Both the position numbers and the translations under genes were made by a program. A stretch of DNA of 61,386 bases, the filler included. It is 15 parts of 15 records of this genome, joined end to end, with 100 filler letters (N's around TTAATTAATTAA, not from the genome) between each part and the next. Parts side by side here need not be neighbours in the genome. Positions count along the whole stretch, not along the records: positions 24,797 to 28,680 come from SRR15195285_13436; positions 28,781 to 31,805 come from SRR15195285_13461; positions 31,906 to 35,094 come from SRR15195285_13462; positions 35,195 to 39,539 come from SRR15195285_13472; 11 more parts are not named here. One strand, 5' to 3'. Below the pieces are notes generated by a model. That model had not been told where the DNA came from. It worked only from the letters and a program-made list of their open reading frames with translations, and ran no database searches. Below are positions 25,822 to 35,276 of this stretch, in pieces (position 1 is the first letter of the stretch; each line of letters begins with the position of its first letter).

Positions 25822-27492
25822 CTATCTTCGTGGCGTCCGGCCTTCCTGTTCGAACACTGAGTCTTGTGCTCTCGGTGTCGGCCTCACGAGTAAGTTGCCT
25901 GCTCCATCAACCGGATTGATCCAGCCACTCCTGCACCTTTTTGTGGTCTTGCCATCGACCGTCAATGTCTCCACGTTTAAATGCGTCCCAGCGTCATCCA
26001 CGATGACTTTCACGACCTTCACACAGTCCCCTTGCCGCAACTGTACCACATGATCAGATCCTCTCCGAGGACTTTTTCGGAGAGTAAGCCTTTGCGCTGC
26101 CACATAAAGCTGTGCTCCTTGCTCGAACTGTGCTTGCTCCAAATCTTTAGCATCAGCACGGTCAGTGGCAACTGGGTTTAGGGTCAATGCTGACGTGCTG
26201 CGACTCTTTCGGGCCTGTAGATCTGACAGAGCTGGGGGCAAGATCCTTGCAGATTCCTTAGGTTCGCTAGTCTTCTGCTCAGCCCCTTGGCTCTGATTAG
26301 GCATTCCGAATCCTGCTCCAACCGTTGTTAACACGTAGCTCTTGTGAACATGGGCGTTCGCATATACATGCTCACTCCCGTTTGCAGCTGTCAGCAACTC
26401 TTGTGGAATAGTGAAGCTGGGCGTCGCCATGACCCTCAGCGTGGCCGTAGGTATGGCCAACACGAGGACAGCTTGTATCAGGTTTGGGTCTTGGGCAAGC
26501 AGCTGGGTGGCATTATGTTTGAATCCTCCACCAGCGTATTGGTCCCAACCCAAGTCGATAGGTGATCTCGTTGTCACTGTACACTGGGCATCAATGCCAG
26601 AACCACGCTGACACATTTTTACTGCCTGCTCTTCCGTTGTGTAGTGAAACGCTAGGCTGTAGCTGCGAAGTTGCTGCTGTTGAATGCTGTGCAATGCAGC
26701 TCTCATTTCGTCCGGTGTAAATCGTGAAATGTTTTCCGGCCACACCTGCTTATGTTTGTTTGCATGCCATTGTCCGCGATGGCGCTGCAAACGCGTGATC
26801 GTAGGGTCAACTGGAGGTACAACGCTTGCCGTCGTTAGACTGACCTCCATGCCATCAATCTGGTCATCAAACACAAGTGAGTCAGCCGGAACAGTCGCGA
26901 GAGCAACGCCAATCATTGCGCCCAGATCGTCACGTGACGAAGTGAGTTGAACTCGTCTGCTAGAGCCTTGCATCATGATCTTGCCAAGCAAGTCTTTCGA
27001 TCCTTCTTCGCAAGGTTTCAATATCAGTACCTGCTGGATCTTTGTGTTGCTGAAGTATGAATGGCCGTCACAGTCTGGCACACAGTCCGAAGCAGGAACG
27101 ATATACACATACGGTCGACCAGGCACAATGCGCTTTTTGTCTCTGTTCTCTAGTGACGGTATACGCACGACTAAAAGCACCTCGAGCTTCTTTGCCCACA
27201 GTCCCCAATTAGGATATTCTTCAGAAGGAGCCGGCTTTGGCATCACTTCATACCATTTCGACCCCCACAATTTTTCGCCGCATCTTTTTGCAAATGCGGA
27301 GCCTCCGTACTCATCCCAGCCTAGGTCGACTGGATTTTGGAGACAAACAGACACCCCACCGCCTAGCTGACCTTGCGTCGATGCTCGGATGCCTAGACCA
27401 CTAAGAATAAGTCTAGCACTATCAAGGTCAGTGAAGTGAAAGCCGAGTTCATGCGAAGCAGGCAGGTGCGGGTAAGCAGAAGGATTAAAGCT
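25822..27492 (-). CDS. Protein with two degenerate ART/GIG2-like repeats and a C-terminal SH3b-like domain; 5' end unresolved
   Basis: The frame stays open upstream of the listed ORF to 27492: LGFHFTDLDSARLILSGLGIRASTQGQLGGGVSVCLQNPVDLGWDEYGG. A second copy reads LAFHYTTEEQAVKM..SPIDLGWDQYAGG. The C-terminus has LTLRKSP..S..VVQLRQGDCVKV..GWI. Confidence 0.55.
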   Translation of the reverse strand, partial: SFNPSAYPHLPASHELGFHFTDLDSARLILSGLGIRASTQGQLGGGVSVCLQNPVDLGWDEYGGSAFAKRCGEKLWGSKWYEVMPKPAPSEEYPNWGLWAKKLEVLLVVRIPSLENRDKKRIVPGRPYVYIVPASDCVPDCDGHSYFSNTKIQQVLILKPCEEGSKDLLGKIMMQGSSRRVQLTSSRDDLGAMIGVALATVPADSLVFDDQIDGMEVSLTTASVVPPVDPTITRLQRHRGQWHANKHKQVWPENISRFTPDEMRAALHSIQQQQLRSYSLAFHYTTEEQAVKMCQRGSGIDAQCTVTTRSPIDLGWDQYAGGGFKHNATQLLAQDPNLIQAVLVLAIPTATLRVMATPSFTIPQELLTAANGSEHVYANAHVHKSYVLTTVGAGFGMPNQSQGAEQKTSEPKESARILPPALSDLQARKSRSTSALTLNPVATDRADAKDLEQAQFEQGAQLYVAAQRLTLRKSPRRGSDHVVQLRQGDCVKVVKVIVDDAGTHLNVETLTVDGKTTKRCRSGWINPVDGAGNLLVRPTPRAQDSVFEQEGRTPRR

Positions 27493-27591
27493 TTACTGGT
27501 CGGCTATTCACAAATTTCGCACACTCATCGCAGGCCGAAGGCGCAAGCATGCTGTAGCCATTCAGCCGGCGGCCCGCAAGACTTGCCTTCC

Positions 27592-27639
27592 GGTGGTCTG
27601 ACACCGGGCATAAGGGCCTTGTGCCAATGTCAGACCACC
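27592..27639. repeat. 48-bp palindromic hairpin element, copy A
   Basis: GGTGGTCTGACA-cc-GGGCATAAGG-g-CCTTGTGCC-aa-TGTCAGACCACC, with perfect 12-bp terminal inverted repeats plus an inner stem. Confidence 0.85.
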
Positions 27640-27878
27640 CACGCAATTGCGTCGTATCAGTCGTCTCCGATCATGCACAAGCTGACGACAGGAACGACAA
27701 TCCAGAAGATGGCGATCCTGACGAGTGCTCGTCACTAACGGCGGCCGTGTCCACGAGGTAGGCAGGGGAGTGTGATCCGGGCGAAGCAGGTTTAGGCGAC
27801 AATGGGAGGTAGCACCAGGCATGCTGGCAGGAATGGAAGACACTGGGTGTGTGGGAAAGTCTGCTGAAAGGATTTCCA

Positions 27879-28680
27879 TTATCGTCCCGCTCGTTTTGCT
27901 TTCCGCTTGGCTGCGAGGGCGGAGCGCAGGCCAGCTTTCGCGGCAGCATCGCCTGGCGAAGTCTCGATAATGTCCGCGAATAAGTCTGCAGCACGCTGAC
28001 AGTCCGCCGCCGTGGGGTGCTCCGCCGCGAGCACTGCCTCGGCATCTGCTATACCCCACTCAACCGACGAAGGTTGTACCGCACGATCGGTTTCGTTTGC
28101 GACCTCTGCGACGGCAGGGCTGTCTGCCATAGCTGCGGGAGGTGCCGCAGCCACCTCCGCAGACGTGTCGACAGCTGGGATGTCCGTGCTGAAAGCTGGG
28201 GCCTCCACTCTTGCGTCACCATCTGGTTGCCCCTGCACCGGCAACCCCACTGGCTCTGAGGCAGCGCTGTCGGCTGGAACGGCAACGGCCACACTGCTAC
28301 TCGTGTTGCTGGAACTAGCGTCACCAGCCGACTCCCGCTCGCCGTCCTCGCTGGCGGCATCGTCTTCGTCGGCTGCCGTGGCTACTGCTGGCGACCAGGT
28401 AGCATCTTGCAACGCTGCGATGGGAAATTTCAAGTTGGTCGTGTCAGTTCTCCCGCCTTCTTTTTCTTCCACCCACCGCACCTTCACCCCGCCATCCTCA
28501 CAGACCTCGGAGATCTCACCCGATGGCCCTTCTGCCCTGCTCCTCCGCGCAGGATTCCACTTCACGCCCGCATCGAAGCATGCCGCCTCGGCCTCTACTT
28601 CCGGTCGGACGCACACAGCCATCCCTACAGTCGCGTCTTGTATTTGTGGTGCTGGCTCGGGCTCGGGCTCGGGCTCGGGC
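27879..28680 (-). CDS. 5'-partial protein: Mind-bomb-type SH3 repeat (REP)-like domain, acidic linker, TPR-like C-terminal helix pair
   Basis: Open from a contig-end PEPEPEP run. GMAVCVRP..KWNP.R..G..GEISEVCEDGGVKVRW..FPIAAL resembles the MIB SH3-like repeat. Ends AADLFADIIETSPGDAAAKAGL..*. Confidence 0.5.
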
Positions 28681-29122
28681 NNNNNNNNNNNNNNNNNNNN
28701 NNNNNNNNNNNNNNNNNNNNNNNNTTAATTAATTAANNNNNNNNNNNNNNNNNNNNNNNNNNNNNNNNNNNNNNNNNNNNTGTTCTTTTTATCTTTAGTT
28801 TATTGTCATCTTCACAAGATACTGGTACCGGTATGACGTGTGCATGAGGAGGACGTGGACCAAGCGCTCGGAGTGGCGAATGCACGCGTGTATCGATGGC
28901 GCGTAGGAATTTCCTATAGCACGCGGTCGCACCCCGCCCGTGTCGCCCGCGCGCGCGCGCGCGCGCCGCGCGACCGGCGCCGCCATACGCGCGGGCGAAT
29001 AGAACGTATCGATACCCGTAGAGATCTACTAGTATCTCTCGCTGGGGTCGCGCTAGCGCTGGCTCTTGCTCGGGGAGACGGACTCTGGTCGAGCGTCCGT
29101 CCGTACCCGCGAGCAAAACAAC

Positions 29123-31805
29123 ATGCGGGGCTTCAACCCCTTGGCCGGTCCCCTACTGATGACGCTGGCGATGATCCTTGCAGGGCACTCCTCGTCGAGT
29201 AGAACGCCGGCAGGGCTCTCGGCCGGCACCTACACTCGTCAGCTGCAGGCGGCGCCGCCAGCGAGCACCGCGATCTGTCCCGATTTCGATGTGCGCAGCA
29301 GCCCGCCCCCCACTCCCCCTCCCCCCCCAAAAAAAGAAAAGAAAAAGAAAAGAAGAACGCCTGCCTCGCGCATGTAGCAATCTGACGTCTCGTGGCTGCA
29401 TGTACCGACTGTAGGAGAGTGGGCGAATAGATGTCTCCGACCTGCTGCTGATGCTCGGGGCATTCGGTTCTCCAATGGCCCAGTTTGACCTGGACGCGAG
29501 TGGTCGAGTGGCAGTGCCTGACTTGCTACTGATCCTGGGAGCGTTCGGGCGGGAGTGCACGCGTCAGCCTACAAGCGAGGCTGGTGGTGTGCCAACGGAG
29601 TCTACGTGGTATGATTTGAACGCAGAGCCCACGCCGATCGTGACCTGGGGCAAAGGAGTCGATTACTGCTTCTTGCAGGGAATGGAGCTCTGCCGCTACG
29701 CAAGCTACTGCCCAGACGGCAGCGGCCAGCCTCCCGTTGGAGGCACCAAGATCGGCGACGAGTGGGCACCTGTGTCAGACCAGCCGAATCGGTGGGTTCA
29801 AGTGGGAAGCTGGGGCGGGGATGAGAGTCACACCTGTGTGACGCACGACGAGCTGCAGGGCGGGGTGCACGGCGATCCCGGCTGGGGCATCGATCCTGTC
29901 GGCCACGGCTTCATGGGCTGGGTTCAGTGTTGCCCTGTGGGCGAAATCGAAGGAACCTGTCTTGATATAGCGGATCCACTGGTGGAGGTAAGCTTCATCA
30001 ATGACGCGACCGACACATCTGGCAATGGCCGTGTAATCACTCACACCGGTGGGAACGATGATGAGATCGGACCAACTGGCGCTCACTTCGACGGCAACGG
30101 TGATTACCTCACTATCAGCGATTTTCAGTACGAATCTGATGCCACTTTCTCTGTTTCGTTCTGGTTCACGAAGGAAGGGTGTACCGGTGGGATCTACGAG
30201 TATTTATACTCCGATCACAACAGCGTCGGCCTGTCCATGTGGGACACACCATACCTTGATGTCTACATTGGTTGCGAAACATCAGGCGGAGGCTGGTCTA
30301 CGCTCGACGGCAGCATCGTTCGCTACTGGATGCGTGATACGTCCGGCACCGAGGCAATGATGGACTGGCCACTAGCTGATGCGGGATCATTCGATGCTAT
30401 CACCTCGACTTGGGTACACATCATCCTCGTGGTCGAACCAAATTCCATTAAGACATTTGACGATGGCACGCAAGTGCCAGAGCAGCAATACGGGTTTTAC
30501 GGAGATCTTCCACAGCGAATGAATGCTGCTGCACCCTCGCCTCATGCTCTCAGTCCACCTTTCACAGCAGCAGCCGGGGGCCGCAACATTTTCGAGTTCG
30601 GTGAGCTGCATGTTGGAGGGAGAGCCGACCACAACGACCAGCGTCGGTTTCTCGGGCACATGGCACTGCTCGTTGTATACCCGTCCGTGCTTACAGGATC
30701 GCAGGCGTCATGTCTCTTTGACCGAGGCGAGCAGGCCTTGCCATACCCCACTGGCGAGTCCGTCGGCTTCCAAGATGCATCAGGGCAGTTCGATCAGACA
30801 TCCTGGGGTGCGGCTGTAGATTATTGCATTGCGCAGGGGACAGGCGGCCTCTGTCCACTTAGCACGTACTGTCCAGATGGCCCTGGGTCCCCACCGTTTG
30901 GAGGCACACGGCAAGGAAATCAGTGGGCTCCCTACGTTGCCCCCGGCAAAACAAACAAGTGGGTCCAAGTTGGTGTGTACGGCACAGATCCAGACAACAC
31001 TTGCAGGAACCACAACCAACTGCTTGGCTCGGTATTCAACGATCCCACATGGGGTGCAGACTCAGCGGAGGTCAGTGCTGGGCGACAAGTTGGCTGGATA
31101 ATGTGCTGCTCGGAAGCATCACAGACCGCAAGATGTCTGGCAGGAGATGATTGTGGGGGACAGGTGATGAAGGAATGTGGCACAGCTTGTCCGAATGTCT
31201 GTGGAGTCAGCCCACTGACGCCAGGTTCTGGCAGGAGGCAACTGACAGAGACCAATGCTCCGACTTGCAGCTCCCTCCAACGAGGAATGGTTCTGCGCTG
31301 CATCTACGGTGCAGAGTCGAGCACCGCCGAGCAGAGTCCGTGCGAGCAGTGCGCGGACGCACTGCCATTTTACCACACGATTGTTGGAGAATGCGTACTT
31401 GCAATTCGATCCAACCAGGATTTGATTCAACCTCGCTCACTGCCACTTGAAGCTGATGGACAGGTCGCAATTGAATACATGACTCAATTTGTTAACGAGT
31501 GCAATCAGCCTCCAGCAGTATCACCGCCGCCACCAGCGGGCGTCTGTATCATTGGTCCCGATGATCCTGACGGCACGCTTTGGGCACAAACGAACATGGA
31601 TTGCGAAACACTGAAAGATATCACCGCAATGATTGTGGCGCCGTTTCCAGCGTGTGAGGCGGACCTGAACACGGTGTCTCCAACTGACTTTCCGACCGCG
31701 ATGTTGCTGAAGAGCATCTGCATGACTGCATGCAATGAGTGCATGTCAAGCGTTGCTCCTGCAGCGTCGACTGTGCAGGTGAATGTGCAGATCACGACAC
31801 TCACT
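29123..31805 (+). CDS. Secreted modular protein: dockerin-like duplicate repeat, two Cys-rich lectin-like repeats, LamG/ConA domain, TIL-like segment; 3'-partial
   Basis: Signal peptide. Intron 29291-29414 yields CPDFDESGRIDVSDLLLMLGAFG..DLDASGRVAVPDLLLILGAFG. Two repeats W...VDYC..QG..LC....YCPDG..WAP..N.WVQVG. LamG motifs FDGNGDYL, FSVSFWF and WVHIILV. CGTACPNVCG. Confidence 0.8.
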
Positions 31806-32047
31806 NNNNNNNNNNNNNNNNNNNNNNNNNNNNNNNNNNNNNNNNNNNNTTAATTAATTAANNNNNNNNNNNNNNNNNNNNNNNNNNNNNNNNNNNNNNN
31901 NNNNNGGGGGGGAGGGGGGGATGCAATGGCCAAGTGGCCAGCATCCGTCTGCTAACGACTTGTGAACAACACTACATTGATATCATGAACAGCGGCTCCA
32001 GTGTTGTGTTTCCACTCGTTCTATCAGCGCTTCATCGTCCAGCACAT

Positions 32048-34717
32048 TCATACTTTACCTTCGTGTGGCGATATCCTGTCGCCTCTGTTTGGTGGCGCAC
32101 CTGGTGGCGGTTGTGGTGTCACTAGCGGCGGCGCACCAGCCAGTGATGTTTGCTCTATCTTGAGCGACGCACGCGCTTGCGCCTCGATGACGGTCTGCAA
32201 TTGAGCAGCGAGCCCATCCAGCCGCTGATTCAGACGAGCTTCTACCAGCTGGACGTCAGCACTTTCGCTGGCCCCCACACGTGGAGTAGTAGGAAGGTCA
32301 CCAAAGTCATCCTGCCCATTTGTGGGTTGAGAGCTGTCTAGACCGCCAGACTTCACTCGCACACGGCAGACAGCGTCCGCAATATGAGGGTCTACTGCCA
32401 TGAGGGTGTCATGGTCGTCCATTGCGACTGACAGCCGACGACGCCCTGATTCCACTGTCAGAGTCATGCGCTCAAGGCTCACGCCAAATCGTAGCGCTCG
32501 GTCGAGGGCCAATCCTCGAACCTGTCCCGTAAGCGTAGGATTGTCGCTTTCGATTGCTTCGAGATCCTCCCTCTTCAGAATGCACATTTGCGTGACCGTC
32601 ACGCACTTTGCTGTGTAAATGTGCTGGTTTCGCAAGAGGCCATCGCCCAGCCCCAGGCATGGAAGTTCCCCGAAGAACGCGCCGTCGCAGAAAAGCATCT
32701 TGTCCATGTCTCGTGCGTATATGTTGCGACGTCCTCCGTTCGTACGTCCAGTGCCCTGGGAGATCACCGTCGCAGGATCTTGCACATGAACCTGTACCTG
32801 TCCTTTTGAAACAAGGTACATTCCGTCCCCCACATTTCCTTGCTCAATTACTTCGTCACCCTCCAGACCCAAATACGGCAACAGTACCTGCGCAAGCCGG
32901 TGAATCACTTCATTGCCGGCTAGCGCAAATAGCGGGCAGTTTCGTATCTGTGCATAGTACATGTTCTGCGTGACTTTCTTCCTAAAGTACGGTGGCAAGC
33001 GCTGCATGATATCTTCCTCCTGGGTGATGAGCGTCTCCGCAATCGTATGAATTGATTCCATCGCAACGATAACTTCCGTCTTCAAGTCATGGTCGACACC
33101 TTTAACGTCGAGGAATGTTTTCAGTTCATTCAGCTCCCTGTCGCGCTGCGCCTGTAGCTCGTTCGCCTCGGCTATGACCGAGGTGAGGGTACCGGCCATG
33201 AGGCCAAACATAATTGTCCCGAGTATTTCCACCGCACAGACAACCCACTTCTCTGTGTCGGTATGTGGTGAGCGGTCTCCATAGCCTACAGTCGTAAGCG
33301 TGGTGACAGCAAAGTACAAACAGTCCAGGTATTTGGTGCTCCAGTGGACGTTCGCCGTCCACTCGAGCCCGTGGTGATCAGTCTCACTGTGCCGCCATCC
33401 ATAGAAGACCAAATCATCATCTATCACTTGCACGCCATCGCCGATGTAGTACCAAACACACGCAGTGATGTGTGCCAAGTACAGGACAGCCATTAGCAAC
33501 GAAAAAAGGCGAAATAGTGTCCACAAACCTGGCACGCCGAAAATCATCATCGCCCGCTTCACCACCAGCTTAAGGTGACCGAGTCGCAACATCTTTCCTA
33601 GACGAACGAGTCGAATTACCTTCAGCGCCCTGAGGTTTGATCCGCCGCCGCTGGTATCAAATGCCATTTCGATGTACCGCACGGGCAGGCAGGCGACAAA
33701 ATCGATGAGGAACCACCCTCGCATATATCTCATCGCCACATTCCATTTGCCATTCTCCAATGTCCCTTTCTCATTGATGTAACCGACCCGAAAACGCAGC
33801 ACCACATCGATCGCGAAGTAGCAGTCGACCATGAGCTCCCACCAAAACCAAGCTGTGCTGGGATCAGTGTTCTCCTCCACAAAGCCTGCCGACGCAAAAG
33901 GTAGAGATATGGCGATGTACACTAGACAGAATGCCTGCATGGCGTCCCAGTATGGAAGTAGACGGTCCGCCCGCGTCAGGCCGCCATAGTTGCACCAACA
34001 CGGCCGCTCAGCAGCCTTCAGCACAGCTTCTTTGCGCAGCTGGTGCAGTGTGACGCTAGGTGCATGCGCTGTCCCATAGATTGCACGCACATCGTCACGC
34101 AGTTTCTCCAGCGACATGCGTACCATCTGATCTCCGCTCAAACCGTTCACGTCTTCATGCTGCAGCTTCAGCGCAACAGCAGCAATAAATTCCTCGTCTG
34201 AGATGAGCCCGTCAGCATCGTTTGCGTCCATTCGCTCAAAGAGGTCTACCATCGAGACGCCGCTCTCCATTTCATTCCACCACTGCATGAACTCTTGGTG
34301 GTCGACGCTGTTGTCGTGGTTGGTGTTCATTTTTGCCCACTCATCTTTCAGCTCGCTTTCGCTCAGCGTCATCTGCAGCTCTCTCGTCAGCATCTTCATC
34401 TCGTCCCACGAGAGCTTGCCTGAGTGATCGCGGTCGATCGTAGCGAAGAGATTCTCCGCATACGTGACCATCTGTGCCTGCATCTCCTCCTTGGTGATCG
34501 TACCGCCCTGATCCGAGTCCCAGCGGTCGAACAGGTAGTACAGCTTTTCCAGCGACTCCTGCGTCATCCACGGGTAGCGCGCCCGCGCGATCTCCACCTT
34601 GGCGCTGATCTCTCTTGCCGTAAAGCTCGCAAGCTTCTCCGTCGCTGCCGCATCCCCAGCAGCCTCTGCTGCTCGCGTAGTCTCGGCCACCGCACCCGGC
34701 ACCGACGGTGCGTCCAT
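32048..34717 (-). CDS. EF-hand-containing cyclic-nucleotide-binding-domain K+ channel (KCNH/HCN/CNG superfamily)
   Basis: Intronless. Four EF-hand loops (DSDQGGTITKEE, DRDHSGKLSWDE, NTNHDNSVDHQE, DANDADGLISDEE), S4 LRALKVIRLVRLGKMLRL, filter TLTTVGYGD, C-linker and CNBD (GDGMYLVSKGQV..FFGEL). Confidence 0.93.
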   Translation of the reverse strand: MDAPSVPGAVAETTRAAEAAGDAAATEKLASFTAREISAKVEIARARYPWMTQESLEKLYYLFDRWDSDQGGTITKEEMQAQMVTYAENLFATIDRDHSGKLSWDEMKMLTRELQMTLSESELKDEWAKMNTNHDNSVDHQEFMQWWNEMESGVSMVDLFERMDANDADGLISDEEFIAAVALKLQHEDVNGLSGDQMVRMSLEKLRDDVRAIYGTAHAPSVTLHQLRKEAVLKAAERPCWCNYGGLTRADRLLPYWDAMQAFCLVYIAISLPFASAGFVEENTDPSTAWFWWELMVDCYFAIDVVLRFRVGYINEKGTLENGKWNVAMRYMRGWFLIDFVACLPVRYIEMAFDTSGGGSNLRALKVIRLVRLGKMLRLGHLKLVVKRAMMIFGVPGLWTLFRLFSLLMAVLYLAHITACVWYYIGDGVQVIDDDLVFYGWRHSETDHHGLEWTANVHWSTKYLDCLYFAVTTLTTVGYGDRSPHTDTEKWVVCAVEILGTIMFGLMAGTLTSVIAEANELQAQRDRELNELKTFLDVKGVDHDLKTEVIVAMESIHTIAETLITQEEDIMQRLPPYFRKKVTQNMYYAQIRNCPLFALAGNEVIHRLAQVLLPYLGLEGDEVIEQGNVGDGMYLVSKGQVQVHVQDPATVISQGTGRTNGGRRNIYARDMDKMLFCDGAFFGELPCLGLGDGLLRNQHIYTAKCVTVTQMCILKREDLEAIESDNPTLTGQVRGLALDRALRFGVSLERMTLTVESGRRRLSVAMDDHDTLMAVDPHIADAVCRVRVKSGGLDSSQPTNGQDDFGDLPTTPRVGASESADVQLVEARLNQRLDGLAAQLQTVIEAQARASLKIEQTSLAGAPPLVTPQPPPGAPPNRGDRISPHEGKV

Positions 34718-35276
34718 AGCAGGCGTCCGGCCTGCGCTGCACACCACTGCAGTCTCTTCTGGCGCCTCGACAACAGTGAACAGTACCGGCAGCTCCTCGG
34801 CGAATGCCTAGCCTTTCTCTCTCTATCTCTCTCGCTCTCGCTCTCTTTTTCTCAGAGGGTAGCGTGCAGCACGCAGCCCTGCGATGGGTGCTGTGGGGAC
34901 CGCGCGACGGAGAAAACGAAACCGCCGAAACGAAGCGCGTGGACGGAGCCTGCTGCATGGATGTACGCGTCGATGCTGCATGATCGATGCATGCGCATAT
35001 GATGCATGTGTTGCATGTACGACCGAAGAGCTGTTCCATGATGAGCTCTTTCAAGCCGAAGAGTTCTTCGATCGCTGCTCGAAATGGTCCAAGANNNNNN
35101 NNNNNNNNNNNNNNNNNNNNNNNNNNNNNNNNNNNNNNTTAATTAATTAANNNNNNNNNNNNNNNNNNNNNNNNNNNNNNNNNNNNNNNNNNNNTCGAGC
35201 ACTCAGTCTAGCTGACCATACTAGAATACTGATCGCAGGGGCGTGCTGTTTGCGGGGGGCGCGGGTCTCGCGTGCA

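Noticed and set aside
35024-35072. Degenerate GA(A/T)GAGCT(G/C)TT repeats / small palindromes upstream of the K+ channel
   Set aside because: Short, degenerate, single occurrence at a contig end; insufficient evidence.
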